A stretch of DNA of 64,000 nt from an uncultured delta proteobacterium (GTDB lineage: Bacteria > Desulfobacterota > Binatia > UBA9968): assembly GCA_963816145.1 (NCBI GenBank), contig CAWFJP010000003.1, forward strand, positions 640,001 to 704,000, given 5' to 3'. The notes beneath the pieces were generated by a model. That model did no database searches. It had not been told where the DNA came from and saw only the letters and a list, made by a program, of their open reading frames with translations. Both the position numbers and the translations under genes were made by a program. Shown piece after piece: positions 1-9,597 of this stretch (its first letter is position 1; each line of letters opens with the position of its first letter).

Positions 1-804
1 GGCATCAAGATCGTTAACACGGCATTGCCGCCGCTGGCGGACGGCTCGTCGAATCCGTCGTTATTTAATGTCGCCAAGAACCTGCGCGCGCTGGGTTATC
101 AAACCCTCATCGATGAAGATCTGCTCAAGCCGGTGTCCGCGCATTTCACCTACATCGCCAAACGCGAAGGCTTTCCCATCGGCGCGCCGGTGGAGTACGA
201 CTACTCTCAGTACCAACACCAAGTGCCCGGCGGCATGATTTCCAATTTGCGCTTTCAGCTAAAAAAGGTCGGCCTGGAAAACAAGATCGACCAAGCGCTT
301 GAAGAAACCATGCAGGTGCGCGCCGAGCTGGGCTATCCGATCATGGTCACTCCGCTGTCGCAATTCGTCGGCAGCCAGGCAGCGATCAATGTGATTGTCG
401 GCGAGCGCTACAAAGAAGTGACCGATCAAATTATCCAGTACGCGCTCGGCTACTGGGGCAAAGAAGGCGCCGAGTTGATGGCGCCCGAAGTCAAAGCGAA
501 GATCCTCGACCGCCCGCGGGCCAAGGAATGGGCCGAACGGCCGCCGCCCGAACCTTCGGTAGGCGAGCTGCGCAAAAAAATGAACGCAGAGAATATATCC
601 GATGAAGAATTTCTCCTGCGCTGGAATCTCGATGTGAAGGAGATCGAAGAAATGAAGGCCGCCGGCGCGCCGAAAGAATATCTGACCGCGAGCCAACCGT
701 TAGTAAAACTGATCGATGCCTTGAGCCGACGCAAAGACTATCGGCAAATCGTCATTCAAAAAGGCGCGATGTTTGTATCACTGAATCGCAGCACGTCTGC
801 ATAG
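1..804 (+). CDS. Carboxyltransferase of the pyruvate carboxylase subunit B / oxaloacetate decarboxylase alpha family, 5' end outside the window
   Basis: Motifs HQVPGGMISNL and GYPIMVTPLSQFVGSQA of the conserved carboxylase domain; frame open from base 1; no C-terminal biotinyl (EAMKM) domain. Confidence 0.85.
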   Translation, partial: GIKIVNTALPPLADGSSNPSLFNVAKNLRALGYQTLIDEDLLKPVSAHFTYIAKREGFPIGAPVEYDYSQYQHQVPGGMISNLRFQLKKVGLENKIDQALEETMQVRAELGYPIMVTPLSQFVGSQAAINVIVGERYKEVTDQIIQYALGYWGKEGAELMAPEVKAKILDRPRAKEWAERPPPEPSVGELRKKMNAENISDEEFLLRWNLDVKEIEEMKAAGAPKEYLTASQPLVKLIDALSRRKDYRQIVIQKGAMFVSLNRSTSA

Positions 805-823
805 TTTTTTCCGGACCGGAATT

Positions 824-848
824 GTACGGGGCGAGGTGCACCTCGCCT
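824..848. repeat. GTAG-type REP-like palindrome
   Basis: gtacggggcgaggtgcacctcgcc: GTAG-like head followed by a perfect palindrome GGCGAGGTGCACCTCGCC. Confidence 0.55.
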
Positions 849-880
849 TATTCCGAACAGGATCACGAACACGACTAATC

Positions 881-1246
881 ATGGACCGCTTCTTTTTCAC
901 CGCCGGCGCCATCGCTGCATTCATCGCCGTCGCCCTTGGCGCCTTCGGCGCTCACTCGCTCAAAACCAAAATCTCGGCCGACATGCTCAACATCTTCGAG
1001 GTCGGCGTGCGTTATCAAATGTACCACGCCCTGGCACTTTTCGCCGTCGCTTGGGCCGCCACTCGCTGGCCCGAAGCGAATTTAAATGCTGCCGGATGGG
1101 CGTTCATCATAGGGATCGTCATCTTCTCCGGCAGTCTCTATCTGCTGAGCTTCACCGGCATACGCGGGCTCGGCGCCATTACCCCGATCGGCGGCCTAGC
1201 ATTTCTCGCCGGATGGGCGATCCTCATCTGGTCACTCAACCGGTAG
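881..1246 (+). CDS. DUF423 / YgdD (TMEM256) family small membrane protein
   Basis: GAFGAH, YQMYHALAL, FSGSLY and GAITPIGG motifs; ATG at 881. Confidence 0.92.
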   Translation: MDRFFFTAGAIAAFIAVALGAFGAHSLKTKISADMLNIFEVGVRYQMYHALALFAVAWAATRWPEANLNAAGWAFIIGIVIFSGSLYLLSFTGIRGLGAITPIGGLAFLAGWAILIWSLNR

Positions 1247-1257
1247 CAGTTGTTCTT

Positions 1258-1292
1258 ATTCTCCATTCTCCATTCTCCATTCTCCATTCTCC
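1258..1292. repeat. Heptamer tandem repeat (ATTCTCC)x5
   Basis: Read directly in the intergenic gap before ald. Confidence 0.9.
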
Positions 1293-1330
1293 ATTTTGCA
1301 TTTCCCCGGCCCTTCGCGTAGCCTTGGCGC

Positions 1331-2447
1331 ATGATCATCGGCGTCCCCAAAGAGATTAAAACTGAAGAAAACCGCGTCGCCGTCACACCCACCGGTGTCG
1401 CCGGTTTCGTCGCGCGCAACCACCAGGTGATGATCCAAAAAGGCGCCGGCAGCGGCAGCGGTCTCACCGATGCCAACTATCAAGCCGCCGGCGCGACGAT
1501 CGTCGACAGCGCCAAAGAAGTCTGGGAAAAGGCCGACATGATCATGAAGGTCAAAGAACCGCAGCAGTCGGAGTATGCCTTGCTGCGGCCTGGGCTGATT
1601 CTTTTTACCTATCTCCACTTGGCTGCCGCCGAGTCAGTCACCCGAGAGATGCTTGAGCGCAAGGTCACCGGCATCGCCTACGAGACCATTCAGCTCGACG
1701 ACGGCTCGTTGCCGCTGCTCGCACCTATGAGTGAGATCGCCGGCCGCTTGTCGATTCAAGTCGGTGCCTGGTGTTTACAGGCGGAAAATGGCGGCAGAGG
1801 CGTGCTATTGGGCGGCGCCTCCGGTGTGCGCCCGGCCAATGTTGTAATCATCGGCGCCGGCATGTCGGGGACGGCCGCCTGCCAGGTCGCCGTCGGCATG
1901 GGCGCCCATGTTAGTATTCTCGATATCAATCCCAACAAGCTGCGCTACGTTCACGATATCCTCGGCGGCCACGTGACGACGTTGATGTCGAACCGCGCCA
2001 ATGTCGAAGAAGCGGTCGTCGGCGCCGACTTAGTCATCGGCTCGGTTTTGATCCCCGGCGCCCAGGCGCCGAAACTGATTCCGCGCGCACTGGCGAAACG
2101 GATGAAGTCCGGAGCGGCATTTGTCGACATCGCCATCGATCAAGGCGGCTGCGCCGAAACTTCGCGACCGACCACTCATATCAAGCCCGATCTACGTCGA
2201 AGAAGAACTAGTCCACTACTGCGTCACCAACATGCCGGCGATCGTGCCGAACACATCAACATACGCGCTGACCAATTCAACGTTGACCTACGGCTTGGAG
2301 TTGGCCAATCGGGGTTTTCCGCTGGCCGTCATCAGAAACAAAGCGCTGGCCAAAGGCTTGAACACCTTTGATGGCAAGGTCACCTACGAAGGCGTTGCCA
2401 GCGCGTTCAACCTGCCCTTCACGCCGGTCGACGAGGTGATTCGATGA
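1331..2447 (+). CDS. ald: Alanine dehydrogenase with a +1 frameshift near 2180 (probably a sequencing indel)
   Basis: IGVPKEIK..ENRV, KVKEP, FTYLHLA, LAPMSEIAG and DIAIDQGG in one frame; the C-terminus SPIYVEE..HYCVTNMP continues in the next frame; removing one A in catAtca joins them. Confidence 0.9.
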
Positions 2448-3397
2448 GGCTGGTCACCCGCGCTGATTTCGACGGCCTGGTCTGCGGCGCTCTAGTCACC
2501 AAGTTTGAAAAGGTCGACGACTATCTCTATGTCGAACCCAAATTCATGCAGGATGGCTTGGTCGAAATTCGCAGCGGCGACATCATCACCAATCTCCCCT
2601 ACCATCCCAATTGCACCCTTTGGTTCGACCATCATATCACCAATACCACGCCTAATTTTGAAACGCCGATCATTCTCGGCCGCGGCGGCTTTCGTTTGGC
2701 TCCCAGCGCCGCGCGGGTCGTGTATGAATATTATACCGAAGCAGGCAATAGGCAGCAGGCAACAGGCAACGGAACCTCCTCAGCGGAGATCGCGCTATTT
2801 CTCGGCACTCCGCGCATGCAGCACCTGATGCATGAAGTCGATAGGGTCGACGCCGGGAAATTGGAACAAGAAGACGTGCTCAATCCCCAAGGGTACGTCT
2901 TGATCTCCATGACCACCGACGGCCGGAACGCCGGCGACGAGCCCTACTGGTTGAAGGTCATCAACCTGCTGCGCGACGCAACCTTGGAAGAGCTCTTGAG
3001 CGACCCCGACATCAAGCGCCGCTGCCAGCGCATTCAGGAAGAACAGGAAAAACTGCGCCGGCTTTTGCTCGAACGGACCAGCTACAAGAGCAACGTGATC
3101 TACTGCGACCTGCGCGGCGTCAAAGAAATCCCCGACGGCAATCGCTTCCTGGTCTTCACGCTCTTCCCCAAGGGCAACATCCAAGTCAAAGTCGCCGACG
3201 ACAACCAGCGCTCGAACACGACATCGATCTCGGTGGGATATAACATTTTCAACCCGACTTCGAACGTCAACGTCGGCGAGCTGCTTAAAAACTACGGTGG
3301 CGGCGGCCACAAAGTCGTCGGCTCCAGCCGCGTCCCCAACGACCAAGCCGAGCAAGCGATCAAAGAAATTTTAGCGGCAGTGACGGACAAGGCATGA
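2444..3397 (+). CDS. DHH-family phosphoesterase (exopolyphosphatase-like / NrnA-like)
   Basis: RADFDG, FDHH and C-terminal GGGGH (DHHA1) motifs; ATGA overlap with ald. Confidence 0.85.
   Translation: MRLVTRADFDGLVCGALVTKFEKVDDYLYVEPKFMQDGLVEIRSGDIITNLPYHPNCTLWFDHHITNTTPNFETPIILGRGGFRLAPSAARVVYEYYTEAGNRQQATGNGTSSAEIALFLGTPRMQHLMHEVDRVDAGKLEQEDVLNPQGYVLISMTTDGRNAGDEPYWLKVINLLRDATLEELLSDPDIKRRCQRIQEEQEKLRRLLLERTSYKSNVIYCDLRGVKEIPDGNRFLVFTLFPKGNIQVKVADDNQRSNTTSISVGYNIFNPTSNVNVGELLKNYGGGGHKVVGSSRVPNDQAEQAIKEILAAVTDKA
2743..2770 (+). repeat. Heptamer repeat (AGGCAAY-like)x4 inside the DHH coding sequence
   Basis: aggcaat aggcagc aggcaac aggcaac, encoding AGNRQQATGN. Confidence 0.8.
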
Positions 3398-3468
3398 GGC
3401 GCGAGGCTAGAGGCGTGAGTTAGAATTCACGAACCGTCTGTTCTGCCTCAAGCCTCGCACCTAACGCC
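3396..3468. repeat. Inverted heptamer micro-repeat element (GAGGCGC-like / GCCTC-like)
   Basis: gaggcgcgaggctagaggcgtgag ... gcctcaagcctcgcacctaacgcc. Confidence 0.6.
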
Positions 3469-3476
3469 CGTTTCAT

Positions 3477-3806
3477 ATGAAAGTAGTTAACATCACCACT
3501 GCGCTGAAGTCACTGAAGAAAATCAACGACGAAATCCGCTACGCCGACTGCTTCAAGGAGAAACGATTCACCAGCGGCCTGATCGCCTTCCGCCCGTCGA
3601 AGAATTCAGATCAAAAACAGATCAACCACAACGACAAAGACGTCGTCTGCCATGTCATCGAAGGCCGGGGCCAGCTGCGCGTGAACGGCAAACGTATCCA
3701 GCTGCGACCTGGAATCGTCTGCCATATCCCCAAGGGCACTCCACATGATTTCGCGGCAGGAAAAAGTGGCGAACTAGTCTTGTTCTATTCATTAATTAGG
3801 ACGTAA
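3477..3806 (+). CDS. Cupin domain protein
   Basis: H..D..CHVIEGRG and G...HIPKGTPH cupin motifs. Confidence 0.85.
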   Translation: MKVVNITTALKSLKKINDEIRYADCFKEKRFTSGLIAFRPSKNSDQKQINHNDKDVVCHVIEGRGQLRVNGKRIQLRPGIVCHIPKGTPHDFAAGKSGELVLFYSLIRT

Positions 3807-3902
3807 CCGATGGTTAACGGAATTGAACACCTATTCGGTTGGCCGCATTCCGAGATTGAAATCTGAAATATGTAATTTGAAATACCTACCGCCAGCGAGG
3901 AT

Positions 3903-5093
3903 CTACCACCACTTCGCCTGCTCGTACCTCGCACGCAAGTACCCATCCCAAACCGCCGACGCGGGCTTCGGTCGCTTGTCACTAGTCTGCATTCCCGTGT
4001 AGGCCCAGATACGCGCGAGATCGTCGAGCGGCGGCTGTAACCGGGCGACCAGTCGTTCAAAATCCGTGCTGGCGAAGTTGATGACGAATTCGTAGTAATC
4101 CCGCGCGGCGGTTTTGAGCAGCAGCTCGGTGAACTGATACTGGTCGGCATCCGATCCACGCAACAATGTCGAGTAGCTGCGCATGTCGACATCCTTTGAC
4201 GACATGCCGCTCTCGGCCACCGCCACCGGCCGCTTGAAGCGGGTGGCGAAGTCGAGGAAGTTAGCCGGCACCGGCCGGGGAACCTCCAAACTCATATGCG
4301 GGTAGACACTCATGGCGAACAGATCGCTGTAGCGCATCAAATCCATCACTTCTTTTTCCTGCTGAGAACCTTTGGCGTCGCGCACCAGCCGTTTGTAATG
4401 CAGCACGTCTGTGGTGAAAAACACCGGCAGAGCTTTGTGCAGCTTCTTGACCGCCAGGTACGTGTCGCGGTGCAGATCTTTCAACTGGTGCCATTTTTCG
4501 GGGTTGCGTGACAACAGCACATTCGACTCGACGCCGATGGCGAGAAAGTCCGGCCGCATGATTTCCACCGCGCGCAGGACGAAGTTGAGATAGGCGCGCT
4601 TGACCCGTGCGCTATTAAGTAGCTCGCGGTTCCACGGCGGCGGCAAAGGCTGATTATCGGTCTCGCCCCAGTAGGGCGCCAGGCCGCGGCGATCCTTGTC
4701 CAACGGTGAGATCGACAGAAATAGTTTCTTTCCCGCCGGTGGCCGGTACTTGAGATGGTCTTGAACATCTTGGGGATAAGGCTTGTTGTCCAACGCTTCG
4801 GCCCATGGAACGCCGCCGATGAACGTCACCGAGACAATATCGCCGTGGGTATAAGCGTAATCTTCGGCGATGGCGACGCCTTCACGGGTGAGATCCGCCG
4901 GCCAACGCGTGAATCCCATCAAGAATGAGCGTATCGCCGGGCCGTAATAGTCGGGCAGCGGAGACGGCCGAGGCGGCGCGACGGGCGCTCGCGGGGTTGC
5001 CGGGCGCGGCGATTCGAAGATTCCTTCACTGCAGCCGGCCACGTGAAGCACAACTATCAAAGCCAACAGAGTCCGCCGGATTGTCGATGCCAT
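3903..5093 (-). CDS. Lipoprotein with a probable glycoside hydrolase-like TIM barrel (clan GH-A-like)
   Basis: Lipobox VAG-C, Pro-rich linker, AIGVESN (acid/base-like), SVYP and VAVAESG (nucleophile-like). Confidence 0.6.
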   Translation of the reverse strand: MASTIRRTLLALIVVLHVAGCSEGIFESPRPATPRAPVAPPRPSPLPDYYGPAIRSFLMGFTRWPADLTREGVAIAEDYAYTHGDIVSVTFIGGVPWAEALDNKPYPQDVQDHLKYRPPAGKKLFLSISPLDKDRRGLAPYWGETDNQPLPPPWNRELLNSARVKRAYLNFVLRAVEIMRPDFLAIGVESNVLLSRNPEKWHQLKDLHRDTYLAVKKLHKALPVFFTTDVLHYKRLVRDAKGSQQEKEVMDLMRYSDLFAMSVYPHMSLEVPRPVPANFLDFATRFKRPVAVAESGMSSKDVDMRSYSTLLRGSDADQYQFTELLLKTAARDYYEFVINFASTDFERLVARLQPPLDDLARIWAYTGMQTSDKRPKPASAVWDGYLRARYEQAKWW

Positions 5094-5249
5094 GATCCAT
5101 GGGTATTCTGCTTCGCGGACTCGGTCAAGCTTGAGAAGCGACCCGTCGTGGCTTGACATAAAGTGATTTTCTCGGAAAATAGCTGAAATCTAGGATGTGT
5201 CGTCACTCTCCATGAGATTTTCAACACGCCTCGTGGCGCCGTTACGGTC

Positions 5250-6176
5250 TTGAGAATCCTGCACCCAAAAACTTTGCCGGTTTTTCGACTTTTGGTCGTT
5301 TGTCTCTGGGTTTTGCCACTCACCCATGTCGTCCATGCCGCGGCGCCCGATGAACGTTATCTGCCAGCCGGCGATCTGCTCGATATCGTCAGAGATTTTC
5401 AACGTTTAGCCAAGGAAGATACCTACCGTTTTGCGATTCCCAAGGATGTCACCGGCATCAACATCATGAAAGCGACCTTGACCCGCCTGCAAGATTACGA
5501 AACCAAGAACCGCGGCCAGTTCACGGATATCGTTCAATACAACCGCGCCTTGGCGCTGGAGCGCTTGCGTGAATACGACCAAGCCGCGGCGCTCTACCGC
5601 AAGGTCGCCGAAACCGAAGGCCGCCTCGGCAGCGAAGCGGCTAAGAACGCCGAGATCCTCGATAACTTTTTGCGCATCTTCGACCGCACCATCCCCGTCG
5701 ACGATCCGTTCAAATATATCGCCGGCCTCGACGAGAAAGTGGCGGCCTGGAACGGACTCATCAAAAAGCATCAGGGCACGCCCTATGAGTTTCTCGCCCG
5801 AGTCGAAGAAGAGCGCATCGATCGCGCCAAGGTCGCCTTCGTCGAAGCCAATCGCTTTCGCTTAAAGGAAGGCAACCAATTGACGATTCTGGGTTACAGC
5901 CAACTGATCACCAAGCATCAACAAAGCAAGAACTATCAACGCCATTTGCTCGACTTCGGCGACTTCTACATGATCCTTGCAAAAGACTATGCCACCCAGT
6001 ACGATCCCGAGGGGTTGGCGTTCGATTTCAACGTATTAGATCAATTTGCCAAATCCGCGTTGAAGCTCTACAGCGAGGTCGCGCAGACCGACGGCGTGGT
6101 AGAAAAATTGGAAGCCCAAGCCAAGATCGAAGCGACTCGCGGTTACTTGGAAAAGGTCACCAGACTCAATCGATGA
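5250..6176 (+). CDS. Exported helical-repeat (TPR-like) hypothetical protein
   Basis: Signal peptide ending VHA; YNRALALERLREYDQAAALY TPR-like repeat. Confidence 0.65.
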   Translation: MRILHPKTLPVFRLLVVCLWVLPLTHVVHAAAPDERYLPAGDLLDIVRDFQRLAKEDTYRFAIPKDVTGINIMKATLTRLQDYETKNRGQFTDIVQYNRALALERLREYDQAAALYRKVAETEGRLGSEAAKNAEILDNFLRIFDRTIPVDDPFKYIAGLDEKVAAWNGLIKKHQGTPYEFLARVEEERIDRAKVAFVEANRFRLKEGNQLTILGYSQLITKHQQSKNYQRHLLDFGDFYMILAKDYATQYDPEGLAFDFNVLDQFAKSALKLYSEVAQTDGVVEKLEAQAKIEATRGYLEKVTRLNR

Positions 6177-8680
6177 GAACGCAGATAAGCCGCCGCTTTG
6201 CCGCCGCCGCAATCATCGCCGCATTGACCAGCGCCCCGGGCCTTTGCCAGGCCCAAACGCGTGAATTGGACGTGGATAAAATCTTAAACCCGATGCCCGA
6301 ATATGACCCGTTCGAAAGGCCGGTTGCGGCGCCGCGGTTTTTTCCCGACGCCGTCGACAAACGGGCTCGCGAACTGCTCATCGACACGTTGACCAACCAC
6401 AACCAAGCTTTGAGCGATCATCTAGCATTCTTGAAAAATGAGGATGCCCGGCTGCAGAAAGAGCAGCGCAGCAGTACCGGTCTAACCGACCGCGCCCAGG
6501 ATCTGGTCAACAACACGATTCTGGACCGAGAGAAAAATCTTGCCGCCTACCGCGAAGCCCTGCGCAACGCTTCGTCGCCGGAACGAACAAAATATCTCGA
6601 GTCGGTGATCAACCGCGACGATCATTTTCAATCCGAGCAGCTCATGCGCCAGAGCTCGACCAATTTTTGGGGTGGAATTGTCAATCGCCTGTTGAGTTCC
6701 GTCGATCTGGTCGGAGTTGCGTCCGGCAACTACATTGGCGCCGCCGCCGAGACCGCCATCAGCCAGGTGTACGCCTTGATGGATCGCGACATGTCGATCG
6801 AAGAGCGGCGCGCGCTCGCCCGCGACCTCGATCACTTGAAACGCTTTCCTGACGATCCGAAGAACGCTCAGGTACGCAAACAGGTTGAAGCGCTCGATAA
6901 AAAGAAACGCGACGTGCTGGTCGGCAAACAGCTTGCCAAGGCCAAAGAGGCCTTGAACAAAGGCGATGATGATCGAGCGCTGTTTCATGCCCAAGTCGCG
7001 GCCTTTTTCGATCCCCAGTCGCAAGATGCCGAGAAATTGCGACAGCAAACCGCCGAAACTTTGCAACAAAGTCAGGAGGCGCGCCGGCAGAGTCTCAAAG
7101 CCCGCGCTGAAGAAAACACGAGCCCACAGCAGCAAGCCGACGCGAAAAAGTTGCTGGAAGCGCTATCTTTGCGCGATGCCAATTTGATTCAACGAGTCGC
7201 CATCGACACCGAAAAAAAATATCTCGACAAACCGTTGGCCGACGCTGCCCGCGACGCCGAAGCCGTGGCCTTGGAAATGAGGGGTTGGCATGAAGCGGCG
7301 CGCAAAGCTGTCGAGCAAAACGCCCGCAGGGCAACCACGCCCGTGGCCAAAGAACGGGCCGATGTCTTATTGCAGAGCCCTGGGTATAATTTGCTCTCGA
7401 CATTCAAAGACGCGCGCACCGAGCGCCAATTGGAGTCGGTGAAATATGTCTTGCTGGGCGATGATTTCCTACGCAAAAATTTGCTATTTGCCGCGGGCGC
7501 CATGGCTGCCGCGGGTCCCGGCGGTATCGCGACTTTGGGCATGGCCAACGCCATGATGTGGAGCCGCAATCTCTTTCAAGTCGTGACCAACAACCCGATT
7601 TCGGCGCAGCCGGTGATCGATGCCGGGGTTGCCTATGTGCGCAGCCATCCCAAGTCAGAAAGCGCCAGCGAAGTCTATCGCGTGCTCGCCGATGCTTACG
7701 AGGAGCGCGGGATGGTCGAGCGTGCCCTCACCTACCATGAGCTGGCCGGCTCACCGAAAGAAAAAATCGACGCGCTCAATGACAGAGCTGCGCGCGCCTT
7801 GCTCAACGCCGCCAGCAAATCAAGCTCGCGCAGCAGCCAGGAGAACTATCTCAAGGCTGTGCTCGATTATCATCCGGACTCGAGCGCCGCTGCTGAAGCA
7901 ACCAAGAAACTTGCCGCGCTCGTCAAAGATGAAAACCAAGGCCTGCGTATGAGCAAGCAGTTCTTGCTGGAAAATCCTGAGATCTGGGGGCCGGGCGGTT
8001 TGTCACTCAAGGCGACCTTGCTCGATGGCGATCCGCGTAACATGGAGATCGCCGACCGCGGCGCGATCTTACTTAACGACAATGAACTGCTGGTTTTCTA
8101 CCAGACGCCCTGGGGCGTGCGCAGCCAGAGCCATCGTCTCGCCAAGGCGACCACCGATCGCTTCTTCATCGCCCTGCGCGAAAAGAATCAACAGGTTGCC
8201 GCCGCAGATGCCAATCAACGCGCCAAAGACAGCGTCGGCGGCATCAGAAATGTCCCGACGTCCATCATCCGGGGCGAACGTGAACAGCGCGGTGCCGGCT
8301 CGGAAGGCCGCGAGGACACGACATTTACGTTAATCCGCGAAGCCGGTGGCTCATCCTATCGCCGGGTACTCGACGCCCAGCTGATCACAGAGAACGAGCG
8401 CAATCCCGGCAGCCAATATCAACTGCCGCCGATCCAGGGCAGCGTATCCGCCAGCCACTTCAGTATGAGCGGTGGGCTGCCCACCGGGTTCGGCGGCAGC
8501 CAGCTTGCGGTCGGCGCGGATCGCGGTACGCCCTACGGCGGGGTGCAAATCCCGATACCGCTGTTGCAAGGCTTTGTTCCCGTCGATTTCATGGTCCAAG
8601 GCCGCCCCGGCGGCGTCTCGGTATTTCCACGCATCCGCACCGGCGTCGACCGCGGCTCGGACCCGGAACTCTATCGCTGA
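6173..8680 (+). CDS. Large exported TPR-like protein with a beta-rich C-terminus, function unknown
   Basis: Signal peptide; TPR-like segments (YRVLADAYEERGMVERALTY; DYHPDSSAAAEA); ATGA overlap with the upstream gene. Confidence 0.65.
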   Translation: MRTQISRRFAAAAIIAALTSAPGLCQAQTRELDVDKILNPMPEYDPFERPVAAPRFFPDAVDKRARELLIDTLTNHNQALSDHLAFLKNEDARLQKEQRSSTGLTDRAQDLVNNTILDREKNLAAYREALRNASSPERTKYLESVINRDDHFQSEQLMRQSSTNFWGGIVNRLLSSVDLVGVASGNYIGAAAETAISQVYALMDRDMSIEERRALARDLDHLKRFPDDPKNAQVRKQVEALDKKKRDVLVGKQLAKAKEALNKGDDDRALFHAQVAAFFDPQSQDAEKLRQQTAETLQQSQEARRQSLKARAEENTSPQQQADAKKLLEALSLRDANLIQRVAIDTEKKYLDKPLADAARDAEAVALEMRGWHEAARKAVEQNARRATTPVAKERADVLLQSPGYNLLSTFKDARTERQLESVKYVLLGDDFLRKNLLFAAGAMAAAGPGGIATLGMANAMMWSRNLFQVVTNNPISAQPVIDAGVAYVRSHPKSESASEVYRVLADAYEERGMVERALTYHELAGSPKEKIDALNDRAARALLNAASKSSSRSSQENYLKAVLDYHPDSSAAAEATKKLAALVKDENQGLRMSKQFLLENPEIWGPGGLSLKATLLDGDPRNMEIADRGAILLNDNELLVFYQTPWGVRSQSHRLAKATTDRFFIALREKNQQVAAADANQRAKDSVGGIRNVPTSIIRGEREQRGAGSEGREDTTFTLIREAGGSSYRRVLDAQLITENERNPGSQYQLPPIQGSVSASHFSMSGGLPTGFGGSQLAVGADRGTPYGGVQIPIPLLQGFVPVDFMVQGRPGGVSVFPRIRTGVDRGSDPELYR

Positions 8681-8794
8681 TGGGGATTTCGCGAAAATCG
8701 CCCGCAGGTTTGTATCAACCCGCGATCGAATGTAAAAGTGCGCAGATTGCGCGCGTGAATCCGCCAGGAGCCGGTATCCAGTCTGCATAACCCC

Positions 8795-9580
8795 ATGACG
8801 TTTTTGCCCGTTCGAAAAGAAATCAGCCGCGGCGCTATTTCAATATTTGCCGGCGTCGCGCTCTGGGAAGTCCTCGCGCGCGCCTTACTGGAAAACGAGT
8901 TGCTGATCCCGCCGCCGAGCAGTGTCGCGGGCACGTTTTGGCATCTGGCAACCAGCGGCGAGCTCAACAAGCATTTCGCCACCACGGCCACGGAGTTTAT
9001 CTACGGCTTCGGCGCTGCCTGCATGATCGGCGTCGTGCTCGGCTACTTGATGGGCATGTACAAATGGTTCGATGAGATCATGGACCCATGGATGGCGGCG
9101 CTCTACTCGATCCCGGTCATCGCGCTGGTGCCGATGATTATCATCTGGTTCGGCATCGGCATTTTCTCAAAGATCGTCGTGGTGTTTAAGATCACCCTGG
9201 TGGCGATTATTTTGAATACCGCGGCTGGAATCAAAAACCTGGACCCCGTCTGGCTCGAGCTCGCTCAGTCTATGCGCTTATCGAGCTGGCAAACCACGTA
9301 CAAGATCCGTCTGCCAGGCGCTCTACCCTTCATCATTACCGGGATGCGTTTGGGTGTCGGGCGCGCCCTGCTGGCCGTCGTAGTTGCCGAATTGATGGCG
9401 TCTAACGCCGGTCTAGGCTACTTGCTGCGCGACTCTTCCGAAACCTGGGATAGCCCAAAACTCTTTGTCACGGTGATCCTGCTCGCGGTCATCGGTCTGA
9501 CCAGCTTTAACCTCATCAAGCGCTTCGAACTGCGCATGGCGCCCTGGCGCCAGACTGCCGAGTGGTCGGCAGACTCATAG
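8795..9580 (+). CDS. NitT/TauT (SsuC-like) ABC transporter permease
   Basis: Hydrophobic; EAA-like loop ELAQSMRLS; VVAELMASNAGLG. Confidence 0.92.
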   Translation: MTFLPVRKEISRGAISIFAGVALWEVLARALLENELLIPPPSSVAGTFWHLATSGELNKHFATTATEFIYGFGAACMIGVVLGYLMGMYKWFDEIMDPWMAALYSIPVIALVPMIIIWFGIGIFSKIVVVFKITLVAIILNTAAGIKNLDPVWLELAQSMRLSSWQTTYKIRLPGALPFIITGMRLGVGRALLAVVVAELMASNAGLGYLLRDSSETWDSPKLFVTVILLAVIGLTSFNLIKRFELRMAPWRQTAEWSADS

Positions 9581-9597
9581 CGACTCCCTGATCCCCC

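Noticed and set aside
2170-2190. Programmed frameshift in ald
   Set aside because: No slippery heptamer or stimulatory structure is visible; similar single-base indels elsewhere suggest sequencing error.
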